Assembly (NCBI GenBank): GCA_045837725.1 | Contig: JBEWZL010000266.1 | Span: 124,001 to 188,000 of the forward strand | Direction: 5' to 3' | Length of the DNA: 64,000 bases | Origin: Vermamoeba vermiformis | Taxonomy: Eukaryota | Part shown: piece after piece, positions 24,711 to 38,706 of the stretch | How the letters are laid out: each line of letters begins with the position of its first letter | How positions within the stretch are numbered: position 1 is the first letter of the stretch | The notes under the pieces: generated by a model | The model's input: the letters and a program-made list of their open reading frames with translations, nothing else | Databases searched by the model: none | What the model was told of the DNA's origin: nothing | Position numbers and translations under genes: made by a program

Positions 24711-25338
24711 ACATAAGAAGAGGTACTATTGGCCTATTGCACACTGCCTGGTAATATGGCGAACCAGATTATCATTTAGCAAAGATAAGGCCAATTTCAG
24801 ATCGCAAGTACGCACTCAATAATCATTACCCGTACCGTCGACAGCCAAAGTTTCTCGGAACAGCGAGAATAACGACGGTTTGGGATATTTTGTTATTGGT
24901 GGATCTGTAAAACACACTAGAAGCTCGAGATCCACCGAAGAATTCCTTCGGTTAAATTGATGGATTTAATCTGCCGAGATGCCCTCTAACCTGGCAATTC
25001 AATCTTGCAAACAAATAAACATGTTTTATGAATCAATTTCAATGCATTAATCTTTTCTTCATCTTATGGGCAGTGTCAAAACGCGTTATAACTATAACTT
25101 TGTGGGCAATGTACGTTATTTTGTGTTTTTGAAATTGGATCCTGCGTTTGATACACGAAACTAATTTCACGAGTCATTTGATTGAAGAATCAAATCATTA
25201 AAGTGACGTGGCGATACGTAATTAGTGCGTCATGAACAATTTCCTATTTGATAATCGTTGCAAAATCTCGATCAAGTCAGTAGCGCGATGTCTAAATATT
25301 AAATTTATTTACAATTTAAGAAATCACGTGGAGTAATC

Positions 25339-28300
25339 TTATTCATTTCCGGCCAAATGTGTTTCACCGTCCATGGCTTGTGTGGATGTGATAGCCATTA
25401 GCAGCCTGGCGCGCAACACCTCTTCGGAAGTGTACTTGGGCAGAGATACGTTGAAGAAACATGTTTCAGCGTGCGGCAATTGGTTATCAGGATTGGGGCT
25501 GAAATTAGGTCAGAATCAAGTTGACAGATGTCATTCAATGAACAGCGGCAACGTACCGTAAGTTAGGGAAGATCTTCATATCCTCAAGGAAGTCTTTTTC
25601 TTGCGGCAATCGTTCACGACCCCAGGCAAATCTTAAGAACAGACGGCGTTCTTGATCTGAAAAACTTTCTAAGACAGACCAGAAGAAGCGAATGTGCGGA
25701 TCTGACTCTTTGACACCTCCTCTGTAGCGAGTGTGTCTCTGTAATAACGTGAATTAGATCGTACTTAATAGCGGTTCAGCTCAAACAACATACCTTGAGC
25801 AATTCCAAGTCCACAAACGGTGAGCCACAAGCACGCAATCTAAGATCGTAGAATGCCACAGCTCTCAGCGCACTCGATGGGATCAATGTGCACAGTCCTT
25901 GTTTGATAGCTGTAATGGACAGGGTTAGAGATTGTAATCATATGTTAAAGGTCAATTGCGTACCATCAATTTGTAACTTGCTCTCGTACAATCGTCGTTC
26001 GCATTTGAGTCGCATAAACAACTCCCTGTTCTCCCACGTTACTGGTGTTTGAGCACCGTTGGGGATCAATTCAACAGTGCTGCCGTCACTTAACACGCAA
26101 GTGAAGGACTCGAATATGCTGTTCTCAAAAGTGACTTGATCCAGCTCTTTCAGCTTGAGCAGACTTTCATATTCACAGTAATCCACTTCAATCAAATCAC
26201 GTGGTTCTAATGGTTCGTCAACCTGCGCACATAAGTTAGTACCATGAGTCTTTCATTGCTGAACACTCGTCTTACCATGAGTTTCCAGAACAGAGTGGGC
26301 AGATCAATGGGCAGCGGGTTCTTCGAGCGAATAGCAATGCCCAACAAGACACCGAAGAAGTGACACATCGCGAGGCACGCAGGACTCGTGGCTGCAGGGT
26401 TAGGAATCCACTTGTCACGACTCTCACCGACACCAATCTGATCTTCAGCCAGACGCATGTTGGGACTGCGAATCAAGAGTGGCAATTTGTCACTCTGCAG
26501 CTCTTGACTCAGCTGACTCAGTGACTCGCGGTAAGGACCCACTTCACCTTCAGCGGACTCGCGCTTGAACACCACTTTGAAACAGCGCTCAGCTTGTCGC
26601 ATGAGCAGTGGTGGTGTGCTGTTGAGCTGCGTCATGGCTTGCAAGAAGATAGTCGAGTGATTGCACGTGATGAAGTTCATAAAGTTCATGTTGAACAGTG
26701 CCTCGCCAGACCATTGTTTCACGAGCTCTTGGCCTGTCAATGTGACACGTGTCACTGCCTCTTCCGAGTCATCGTCGGCTACCAATGGTGAGTACTCGAT
26801 TCATAGTTATGAATGATATAAGCATACCTTTAGGGACTGCAGGCTTGTCGTACTTGGCGACATCCAAGCGATCAATGTAGACAGTCGGATAAATGTTCTC
26901 CGTGAGCAGTGCAGCACCGAATGTGGATGGATCGCGCGAGGGACACACCGTCTTGCTGAGTATTTTGTCCAAGAAGTGCATCTTGTGGTGTTGCAGCAGC
27001 ATGTTCCTCACTGCACACACGCGCTGTGCGAGCGACGAGACTTCAGAGTGCGCGGACATGTCGATGAAGGGCAAGAAGGCACTCACCAGCTGATTCAACT
27101 TCTCGAGCAGTGTCACGCGCACAATGAGCGTCGTGAAGCCAGTGGGATCGGTGCCGCACAGGGCCATGAGCTCCTTGCTGCCGCACAACTGACTCTTCCA
27201 ATCGCGTCCCTTGTCGTGCATGTCATCGAGATAGTGCACCAACACCTCGTCCATCTTCGCGCTCCACTTCTGTTGCACGCGCACGGTCTCTTCAAAGTCC
27301 TCAAAGCGCGTGTTGTGTTTGTGCAGACAGCCCAAGTAGCCGAGCTTGACCAATCTGCGCCACGTGAGGGCTTTGTTCGAGTTGTACTCGCGACCAATGA
27401 ACTTCTTGAAGTTCAAATAGTTCATCGGTGTCTTTTCGTCGCCAGTCTTCTTGGGACTGTTGCTGGCATCGGCGGTGCGCAGAATGAAAGTCTCAAACTC
27501 GTTCTCACTCCACATGTCATCGTGATCCGTGTCAAATTGCGTGAAAATTGCCCTGAGAATGTCTTCAAATTGATCGGTAATCTCGCCGTTGTCCAAAAAT
27601 AGCTTGCGACTCTCCATCTGTACGAGCATATGAGTCAACGGGTAATTACACCTAGCAGCTAACCTACCTCTTGCGCGGTCATGGTGAAGTTGAAGGACTG
27701 ACTGTCGAGCCACACATTGTACAGCGCACTCGAGGGCAGTGCTCTGGTGCGGTCAATAAAGTAGTCCATCAGATCTACACTCTCCACGCAGCGATCAAAG
27801 GCCCACTTCCACCACTCGACGGCATTGGACTTGCTGCGCTTGCGAGGCCGTTTGTTCTGATCCTCTTCGTCGTCTGCAGTGTCCATCTTGTCGCTCAACT
27901 TGTCGCGCAGACTGCGCTGCACATGCGTCATCAGGGCACACAGTTCAAACAAGTTCTGCACGAGCGGCGAGCACGTGACCAGCGCCTCTTGCTGATTGTT
28001 GTGCGGCAGATCTTGCAAGCAGGTCTGCAACATTTCTTCCACTAGTGTCACGTGCACTTTGACAGTCTCGTTCTCGCACAATTGTTTCACGATCTCTGTG
28101 TGCGGGGCCAGCAGTGCGAGCACGCGGTTCAACAGACGAATGGCGTGCACCAAGAACGGCTGTGGCACGTGTGCTTCAGTCACAAACTTGAGCAGTGTCT
28201 CGAACAGCTGTGTCATTACTGCAGCACATGACACAACACCTCCCCACTGTGTGACGTGCTGCGTGATGGTGTGCAAGAGCGTGAATGCTGTGTGCAGATC

Positions 28301-31300
28301 AATGTGCGAGGGGATGCACGTCATCTTCCAGCCCCACACCGAGGCTCGTTGTTGCACGAAGGGCGGTCTGACACCGAATTCGCGCGTGTATTGCACCCAA
28401 CAGCGTGTGTGATCGACTACGAGTGGTGTGAAGGAGTTGTACGTGATCTGACGTCCTGTGCCCACGCGCTGATTGAACCGTGCGATCAAGTGCGTGCTCT
28501 GCGGATCACTGTAGAACGAGAGCACATCGTACTGCGACAACTTGCTGCGTGCATCGAAGTGAATGTAGAGCTGATGCGCGCCAGGCACGTGAATGGTGTG
28601 CGCTGGCTCAGCAGAGAGCACATACTTCTGATAGTTGAACGGATGATCGGACTCGTGCGTCACTGTCTGTTGCAGCGAGAACTGCGCGCCACTCGCTAAC
28701 TTCTTGCACGCCACTGTGAGCAGCTGAGCAAGTGACTGCGGTGAGGTGACTTGTGACACAATGGCACGTGTCAGCTGTGCGAGGGCGGGGCTGACAGTGC
28801 TGTCCAGGGGTGCAGCAGGCCAGTCATCGAGCAGGGGCAGCAGTGCACTCAACACATCGCCCTGTGGTGGCAACAGTGCGCGCAGATCAGTGCCGTGAGA
28901 CACGAGGCGAGTGGCCAATTGTCGCAACAAGACAGCAGTGACATCGCGCTCAGATTTGACAGCAATCTCTTCGAGCAGTGCCACGTCATCAATGGCCTCA
29001 ATGTGCAGTGTCGAGTAGGGATTGGGCTGATTGTCCTGACGCCAGTTGTGCACGGGATCGAGGATGCTGACTGGATACCAGTAGCTGCTCGTGGTCATGT
29101 CGTCCTCGTTGTAGAACTTGAGCCGCACCAGCAAGCGTTGTTTGTCCACGCTGCGGGCCACACCAATCTTGCCCATGGTGCGGTCCATGGTCTTGAGCCA
29201 CAGCGGCAGTGCCTCTCTGTAGGCCTCGGAGACCTCTGCGACCTTGTAATAACAGCCCAAGTGCACCTCATCGATGGTGACCACTGAGGGCCGTGTCTTG
29301 TCGCTCCAGTACCGCTCGTGTCTGCGGTCCACGCGCTGCATCTCCTCGCTGTACTGATCGCTCTGCCAGCAGTGTTGCGGGATGTAGCTGCGCCAGCCAG
29401 TGATCGTGGGCTTGGACACATTGGTGTTGCTGCGTGCGAGCTGTTGCGAGTCCGTGAGCGGTGTCTCGCTGCTCTTCTGCTGCGTGCTGCTGACCTCGCT
29501 GGGCACATCACTCATCGCATCATCGTCGCTCAGCAGCTCGTCAAAGGACACGTCATCCACGAACAGCTCGGGGTGATTGAGCTGATACTGCTCCATGTTC
29601 AGCAGCGCCCAGTCTGCCGCGCGTTCAATGTTGTCCTCTTGTTCCTCCAGCGCCTTCATGCAGAACGGGATTGGAAAGCCGACAAAGCCGCTCAGTGTCA
29701 TCGCCTAGCAAGCACATAGTTAGTAGTGTACCCTTACCGCTGCCTGCACCAGCACTCACCAGTTCACGACGGGCAGCGACTTTGGCGATCGCTTCAGCCT
29801 TCTGTCGTGCAATGCGCTCTTTCTCGGCGCGCAGTAACTCCATGACGCGCTCTTCATCGATCTGCTTGCGCGCAGCACGCTCTTGCTCGTCACTGACCTT
29901 GAACAGGAAGGGCTCGTGGCCGAGATTGACTGACACGACCACGTGCGGGGACTTGAGTGCCACAAAGGGCAGCAGCACCTCATTCACATTCACGAATGCA
30001 GCACCCATGTACTTGCCATTTAAGGTAAAGTACACCGTGCTCTCATCGCGATTGTAACCACAGCCCACGACATCGTTGGGTGTGAATGAGCTGGCATAGG
30101 GCTCGAACACAGAGGGGTTGTAGTGCTTGATGTTCTGTGCCCCACCTCTGTGTCGCTCTAACAAGTGGTTGGGGAAGTCTGCACTCAGCTGCGTCGGATC
30201 ACCGAAGGGGGACGAGGCACAGATTGGACACACCACCGTCTTGTTCGCATTCGGATGGCGCAGTGGCACATGCATCACGAGCTCAGGCTCGGTGAATCCC
30301 TCAGCGTGACAGTAGGGACAGATGTAGCGCCGCTCTTCCTCTTCATTCGCACTCGGCTTGTCGCTCACGGGCATGTGCGACTTGGTGCCGTTGGAGTGGT
30401 ACGCGTAGCAGTGCGGATTGGCCCAGCTCAAGTGGCCGAAGGTGCTGCACACACCCAGCGCGAGGTCTGGCGTGCTCTCTACAGTGCTGCCACTCAGCAG
30501 CGCATCGAGTCGTGCAGCACTCGTGGCCTGGTCGCTGGCGGGCTGTTCGGGGGGTGGCGTGAAGTGTTTGAATGAAATTTCAAAGTAGAACTCGCGCATG
30601 GTCTCGGGGATGGGTGCATTCACGGGGATCATGGCTCCGTCCTTCTCATTGCCAAAAAAGGCAACTCTGCGGCGCATATTGTCCAGTATCACGACATAAT
30701 GCGTGTTGCGTGCAGTGGCGAATCCGGTGGGAACTCGGAGCATCTCCGCAGTGAGATAGGGCTGATGTGGCACTATGACACGTGGTGCAGGCGTCTGTTC
30801 AGTGAACAGTGTGCCCTCAGAGGCGTGATTGATCTCGTGCAGACGCAACATGATCAGTTTGTTCTGTTGCAGCACATTGGCCGCACTGTCCCCCACTGTC
30901 TCGCCATGTCGTGCGAGTTCGAGCACTGAAGGCACGTGATTCTGTGCCAGGGCTGCAAGGTACAGCTGTCTGTTGGGCTCGTGCTCCAAGAGGGTGTGCA
31001 GTGCTCTGAGGGCCATGGACTTGAGCTGCAGTGTGAGGAGCGGGTGTTTGGTGGCAAGTGGCAACTGATGGAGTGGCAGCAAGAGGTGACACAGCGCGGT
31101 CAGTGTCGCCTCATCGAGGGGACACGTGCTGCTGTCAAATGGTTCCTGCGAGGGGTGAGTGTGCGGCGTAGATATGTATGTGTCTCGCTTACCAGTGGCA
31201 CGGGCTCCAGCTGCGAGGTGTCTACCGCAGTGATCACGTGCTCGTTCATGAACACCACGGCAGCCTGATTGCCAATGCGTTGATAGCGCACCAACACAGC

Positions 31301-34300
31301 ACGCTTCTTGCTGCCGTGCTCGAGCAGTACATCGACGAGTGCGCCAGGTCTGAGGTGCAGTTCGTTCCAGCCACCAATGACGGCCAGACTGCTCAGCACA
31401 CCATCCACAATCGACTGCGTCATGGCGTCATCGAGCTTGATCTCATCGAGCTGCATCAAGCGCGGTATGAGTGCCACTGCGGACATCAAGAACTCGCGGA
31501 TCACGGACTGCGTGGCTGACACGCGCATCATGCCGCGCACCAAGTGCACCAGTGCCCCTGCGTGTCCGTACATGGAGTCAGCACCCAGTCCTGGACGACA
31601 GAACTGATCGAGCTTGCTGATCACCTCGCTCTTGTGCGCACTCTGCATGCGCTCTTTGATGCTCAGCTGTGCTTGCAGCGAGGGATTGGACGGGTGCAAT
31701 TCAATGCTCAGCGTGAAGCCGTAGCGCGAGAGATAGGCACCGAGGGACCAGCACTCGTCCAGCGTGCCCATGCGCAGCACGGACTTGCCCAGCTCTTGCG
31801 TCTCACGCGCCACTTCACCGAGCCGTGAGAGCGGACTGTACACGCCTGGCTTGCTGGGCGGATAGATCTTGGTGGCATGCTTCTGCAGCAGCGCGGCAAA
31901 GTTCTCAGGCTCGAGTCCTGCCCAGTAGTGCAGCACGAGCACGGCTTGCGTGGTGGGGGCGTCAAAGCTGAGCGGACTCTGTGCGGCCAGTCTGGGCCCA
32001 ATCGCCATGGTGATGCGCAGTGCCACACCGAGTCTGTTGATGAGTGCAATGGGTGTGATGAAGGGACTCTGTGCAGCACTGTGATCGTACTGTGGAGCGG
32101 TCAGAATGCGTGCTGCGAGGGCGAGGGCAGTGCGATAGAGTCGTGGTGGCAGTGGTCTGCTCATCAACTGCGCTGTCATGGCCACGAGATCTGACAGCTC
32201 TGCTTCGCGCGGCACACTCTCTGCATAGCCACGCACCATCGCTGCCAGCACGCGCAGCTTGGAGGGACGCAGTGGTGCATCGAGTCGACGTTGCAGCAGT
32301 GTGGCCAGTGCGCGCTGTGCTGCAGCAGGGGCGTGGTGTTGCGTGCCCAGACTCCACAATAGGGCACGGGCAGTGGCGCGGTACCGCTTGGCGTCCTCAC
32401 GCTCCTTCTGCGCGACATCAGGGGGCAGCGGTGGCTGTCTGGCCAAGAGATCTGCGTCCTCGTCGTAGAGTGCACTGAGCACCAAGTGTGCTTGTGCTGC
32501 GTGACAGGCGAGTGAGGGATCGGCGTCAGAGTGCGCACCAGTGGGCATGGTGTTGAGGGTGCAGGACTGCGCAGTGAAGACAGGCGTGTCTGCATCCGCG
32601 AGCAGCAGTTCGTTGTCCAGCACGCCGTTGATGTACAGCACCAGTCTGTGCGGCATGCACACGCACATCACGTGATTCCACTCGGCCAGTGTCAGGGGCT
32701 GCACGGACTTGAGCACTCTGAGGTGAAGTGTATTAGTATAGTGAATGCGTACTGCGATATGTACACGAGCTACGTACTTGACACCCGTGGCGGTAGCGGC
32801 AGTGAAGGTGACGTAGAAGCTGCTGTTGAGCTGCACGGAGATGACACCTTCCTGCTCGCTCGTGGGCTTGTACACGACACAGCGACTGTTGCCAGCACTG
32901 CTCTGCACCTCGGCATAGCTGTGCGGATAGAGCCACATGATCAGCGCGTATTCGGGCGAGTACTGCTCGCTCAGCTGATACGCAACACTTTGCCCCTTGA
33001 GCGCGGACTCGAGATCTGTCGTGCTGCCAATCAGCTGCTGGCACACTTTGCCATATTTGGAAGTGAAGCTGTTGGGCAGTTGAGCAGCATCGAGCTGCAG
33101 TGCCTTGGTCTTGAGGTGCACCTCCTCCGTGCTGACCGTGCTGGCAGCTCGCTCACAGGCCTGCAACAAGTGCTCGAAGAAGCGCGTCGAGTGCAGCAGT
33201 GGCAGATCTTCAGGACGATAGTGTTGCACGAAGAAGTCGAGCACCAACAGGCGGTAGTAGTTGTTGTGGGAGTGCTGCAAGCTGTGCAACAAGTGCGTGA
33301 ATAGCTGTTCGAAGGACTCGCGCAGCACGTGCATCTGTGGATCACCGCAGCCCTTGAGTCCTGCTGCGTAGTGGCCGCCCAGCTGTTTGAATACTGGCGT
33401 GAAGAAGGACAGCACATCTTGCTTCACTGAAATCAGCGATGTGTTCATGAATAGTGCTCGCACATCGTGCAGTGCTCGTGCGCGCAGTTGTGCCGCGTGT
33501 CGTCGCTTGTGCAGCAGAGCGGTGAGGGTGCCAGCAACGGGCAGCTGTCTGAACACGCGCAACACTTCACTCCACAGCTGCTCGTGCGCCACACTGCTCG
33601 GGGCAGTCACGTGCAGCAACACCTCTGCCAGGGCAGTGAGCTGTGCGGACAAGTGCGAGTACGCGGCCAGTATGGTCATGGCAGCACCGCGCTGATCGGC
33701 ACGCTTCTTCATGTTCTGCGCTGTGGTGGTCAGCCAGGGTCGCAGCTGCTGCACGTATAAGTAGCGCCAGAGTGCTTTGAGTGCATTCAGGGCCTGCGTG
33801 TCTGGTGCCGCGCTCTGGGCCAGCTGTTGTGCGACATGCACGGCACTGCTGAGCAAGGCACCGCTGTACTTGAGCAGCACTGTCAGCACTGCTCTGAGGG
33901 CCTGATCGACGACAGCGTGACAGTCCGCAGGCAGGGGCAGCACTTGTCCGCGCAGTGCAGCGAGCAGTGTGTCGTGCAGGTGTCGCGCAGTGCCCTGCAG
34001 TGTGATGAGTTCCGTCAAGAATGCACCGTGCTCCGCGTCCATCATCTCCTGCACGTCAATGTTCTCGAACACCACTGAAGTGTCGAGCAGCGAGCTCAGT
34101 GCTAGTTCACTCGCAGTCAAGTACGGCGCACGCATCATGTCCGCCAAGTTCTGGTGGTGGGTGGTGAGTAACGCACAGTGCAGCTACCACAATCATTGCT
34201 ACATACCGCTGTGACGAACCACGCGAGGGTCTTGTGCAAGTAGAGCGAGTTGATGATGAAGAAGGGCTTGGTCTTGACGAGTCCCTTCACCTTGCATCTG

Positions 34301-37300
34301 AAGCCATAGCGCCGCGCCACCAGTGCCTCGCTCTGCTCCTCGGTCAGGTTGCGCATCATGTTCGTGGTCCAGCCCCCCTCGGTGTGGAACAAGAAGATCA
34401 CCGTGTGGCCCGGCACGGTCAGATGTCCCTTGGGCCAGTTCGACTCCTTGCCGTGTCCCCAGAACTGCGCGCTGATAGGCTCGAGCACAGTGGGGTTGTC
34501 TGGTCTGCGCACACAGAGCTGCAAGTAGTCGAAGCAGTTCTCGGTGCTGCACTTCTCATCGAACTCCACTTTCATGTGTATGGACTTGGGGATGTTGACC
34601 AGCACCTCCTTGTTCGCGTACTCGAGGTATCTGGGGCAGAGAGCTGTCAGTGACACGTGTCAAATGAACCAACGCTGCACTTACGGGTGCGTGCTCTCCA
34701 CGTATTTGGCCTTGTACAGATTGAGTGTGTGGCGCTTGTACAGTCTGTTGCGCTCTTCAAGCAGCACACGCGGCACTTGGCTGTTGAACTGGTCCAGCAC
34801 TGCCGCCAGTTGTGCGCAGGGAGCGAGCAAGGCGTGCGTGGTCTCGTCGGTGATGGTCAATATGCCGCGCAGCTGCAGTGCTCTGAGTGCGAGCAGTCCA
34901 TTGGGCACGAGTGAGCCGAGCAGCGAGTGCTTGAATGCGAGGTGATAGATGAGATCGGTGTACTGCGAGTACTCCACACTCTCCTCGCTCACGTGCTGCA
35001 CTGCGCGCTGATAGATCTCGCTGACACGTGTCAACAGCGCACCACTGCTCGTCAACAGCTCCGCGAGATAGAGCAGCACCAGGGGCTCGTGTCGCTTGTC
35101 ATTCATGGCGCGTCCTGTGACACGGATTAGCACTCTCACGTGACTGCACTGCAACACCTACCGATGAGCAAGTTCTGATAGTAGAACAACAGGCTGTTCA
35201 CGCGACTGCTCTTGCTCTCCACACTGAACAGACGGTGCGTGTTCTCTGTGTCCTGCACAATTGCCTCGAGGTCACGCAGCTGCAACTGTGTGTCGCGTGC
35301 ACTGTGTTCGAGCAGCTGTTTGAACACCTCGCGACCACTGCTCTTGTAATTGAGCACGGAGAATGTCTCCTCGTGCGTGATCAGCACATCGAGCAACGTG
35401 TCCAACAGCTCTGTGCGCGCACTGCACTCGAATTCACCGCGCAACAGTGCCAACAAGAGCTGCGCCTTGTCTTCATGCGTGCAGTAGAATATGTTCAGTC
35501 CTGTCAACAACAGCTGTGCGCTCTCTGCTTGCACTTGTTGCCACACCGTGTGATCCAGCTCGGAGTTGAGGGGTATCGCCAACAGCTCTAACAGCTTGTC
35601 TTTGATGCTGCGTGCCAGTGCTCCCTCTGCAAGCGCGTTAGTTACACGTCAATAGCGTGCTGTTGTACTTGCCTTTGCCGAGTCCAAACTCTGCCAGCTC
35701 AATCTTGGACATCAACACGTGCTCAATGTTGAGTCTGAGGGTGCGCAGTGTGACCAAGAGGGCATATTTCAACAGCGGCGTCGTCTTGGTCTTGTACAGC
35801 TCGACGCACAGTGCGGCTAGTGCATTCAACTGCACAAACACCTCTTTGCTCGCTTGCAGACAAAAGTGTTCGCGCATCGACACGGCGTACTCGGCACTCT
35901 TGCTCTGTGCCTTGTGCACGGCATTCTTCTCGCTCAATCGACGCGCGAACAGGTCCACGTGATACAGCAGAATGTAACACGCGCGCTCCAAGCTCACCTG
36001 CGCCTTCTCGTCGTAGCTGTTCGCGAGTGCGTAGTCAGCGTGCGACAGCAAGGCCTCAGCAGAGACGGACTCGAGGGTGAGCTGACTGATGGGCTGCAGC
36101 ACCGAGAACTGTTGATTGCCCAGGCCGAGATTGTGCCACTGCGTCGTGCGGTGAATGTTGTTCGAGGTCGCGAGACTCCATATCATGTCATTCGCCGTGT
36201 CGTAACACGCAAATACACCCGCTGCGGGCTCGTAAGCAATGCTATGTACATATAGAGGGTTTAGAGCACGTACCTAGTTCACCAACACCTGTCTGCACAT
36301 CAGCGATGAATGCACCATCTTCAATATTGAACAGACGACACAAGTAGCGGTCTTTGAGATTGTTCGGCTGCACTTTGGGCGGAATAACTATCGCAAGCTG
36401 ATGACCTGTCACGTAGAGTGTGCCACGTGTCAGTGCATCGTTCGTGAAGGGCAGCTTTTGCGTGGAGTTGTCAACGCTCAAGGACTCCTTGATGGGATCC
36501 ATCACGTGACTGGCATTGTGTGTCTTGCTGCTGTGACCGCTCGTGTAACATGCGCTGCACAACACGTAGTTGTAGCACGACTTGCACTGATAGGCGCGCA
36601 GATCCATATTCACACGACCGCAGCCCTCACACACGCGCTCACTCTGGCGCACTGGATTGCCGGGTGGCGCGAGTGCTACACGCGAGAGGAGTGTCATGTC
36701 CTTGTAGGGATCGTACACATCGAGACACACGAGCTTGGCGCCGTCAGTCTTAGCGGCCTTGGACTCTTGACTGTCACTCATCTGCACTCGTTCCAAGTCC
36801 GATTCTGACACCACGCTCAACTGATACAAGAATCGTCCGTCAGACGTGAAGGGTGAGCACGTGATCGTGGGCTGTGGCTGCACGGGTGTGGCGGGAGTAT
36901 TGGTCTGTGGCGGTGGTGGCGGTGGTGGTGGTGCAGATTGTGCCACGTTAGCACTGCTGTCATGCGTGCTCGGTGAATCGACTTGCATCTGATTGTTGTT
37001 GTTGAGACCCGACGTCGAGCGCTTGAGCACAACAGTCGCCGCATCTTTTTTGACGTGATTTAAATTGATCGACGCATCCTCTCTCATGTCTTTCGTGTCG
37101 ACGACAGTGATCAGACTGGCATTGTTTTGAATCATCAAATACAACTTCTTGCCCACCACTGCCAGCCACACGCGCGAGTTCGAGGACACAGTGCGTGATC
37201 GCAGTGTCACGGTGCTGTATTGTTTGGCACTAGCGCGGGGTTAGTTCGCACACTCGACAAGTGAAGTACATACCGCTCAGTGCCGTAGAGTCCTGTGCCG

Positions 37301-38491
37301 TACTTGACAATGCTGATGGAGCTCGCGTCCTTGTAAGCCACGTACAGGTACTTGCCATCCGAACACATGCCCAGCACCACTCCTGGACGCACTTCAATGT
37401 TCCAGGTCTCGCCCTCTGCGGTCAGGGCGGAGAGTTCTTTGTACTTGCGATATTTGACGAGTTTGGTCAAGTACTGCATGGCCACGACTGACGGACTGAT
37501 AGAACTCGACTGCATCTCATCCTCGGCTCTGTTCTGCTCGACTAATATGCTCTTGATCGAGGCAATCATGTCCTTCAAAGAGGCACGCGACACCGCGAGA
37601 GCAATGAGACCAGTGATCGCTTGCATGCGACTGTACCGATCTTTGGGCTCTTGTTTGTTGTCTACGAGCTCTATAAACTTCTCTTGCAGTCTATTGAGCG
37701 GCTGTTGCTTGTGATGCAGCAAAGAGAATAGACCATTCGTGTCAACATGTGTCAAAAATGCTTTGATAGCCTCGTTGTTAATCTTGCCACTGATCAATTT
37801 CTGCAATGAGATCGTGTTTTCTCTGCGCTGAAATTCAATAATCTTCGGCTTGGTGCTCTGTTTGAACAAAAGGTTCGCGCTCAGAAATTGAGCTGTCACG
37901 TGTGAAATTTGAATTACTTACGCTGCTCTCGTGCACCCTTGATAAAGCAACGCATATACGTTCAACGATCTTCGTTCTGCGCTTAATTTGAATGTCAAAT
38001 ATAGTGGGCTTAATTCCTGAGCTGATAACTTCTAAGGGCAGCGCCAGATCTTTTTTAAGTCCCATCTCCGCCAATAAAGCCTCGTTGTCACTCTCAAAAA
38101 CACTTTTAAAAAACGCATTAGCACAAATACCGTATGTTCGTGATGTTAAGAGTGTGATTCTGATGGTCTTGAAAATTATAATTGAGAAGAAGTTGCGAAT
38201 TTTTACAATAATCAATAATATTATTGGAGCAATATTAGTGCAATAAATGCTCTTTGCATTGAATTAAATTGATTAAAACAGATCAGGCAAGTTCTGAGAA
38301 AGACTAAATTTCGCTTACTCTTTCAGCCTGGCCTCATTTTCTTCATTTGAACCAACCTCGGCATTTTGCTGTAACTTATAATACTGATCTAGAATAAATT
38401 CCTCATCTTCAAGCTGATCAAAACTAACTGAAGCCCAGAAGGGATCTTCTTTCGAAGAGAATTGAAGATCCGAGAGCTCAGTAACGCTCAT
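25339..38491 (-). CDS. Giant HECT E3 ubiquitin ligase, HECTD4-like (ZZ, CUB-like x2, LamG-like, SPRY with inserted zinc finger, UBA, EF-hand, HECT)
   Basis: C-terminal HECT: FKVVFKRESAEGEVGPYRE..., FLRFAWGRERLP, LPHAETCFFNVSLPKY with the catalytic Cys. ZZ finger CEGC..YQCKSC..LCSACY..H...H at about 36500-36632. SPRY motifs FYFEI and DVVGCG..VYFTLNGK. UBA-like GFPIPFCMKAL...ERAADWAL. EF-hand DTDHDDMWSENE. Exons are joined by many short introns. Confidence 0.9.
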
Positions 38492-38706
38492 ACTAATATA
38501 TAATATATATGATACAACGTTCTCCTATTTACAAGGTATAAAAATGAAACAGTGCCGAAAGTTTCGGAACTAGCGTGCAGCTGCAATTTTCATAAATGAG
38601 GAGATTGCCTGCACGAACACGAAGTACTTTTTAAATAAGAGTTTATAGCGTACAAGGATTACAAGGGTTGCGGACTACTCCGCAGTTTTGTCACTGGGTT
38701 TTGAAT

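Noticed and set aside
26594-37714. Many overlapping antisense and alternative-frame ORFs inside the HECT gene, and possible horizontal origin of this GC-rich block
   Set aside because: Such ORFs are expected from stop-poor GC-rich sequence. The block has host-type introns and grades smoothly into AT-rich ends.
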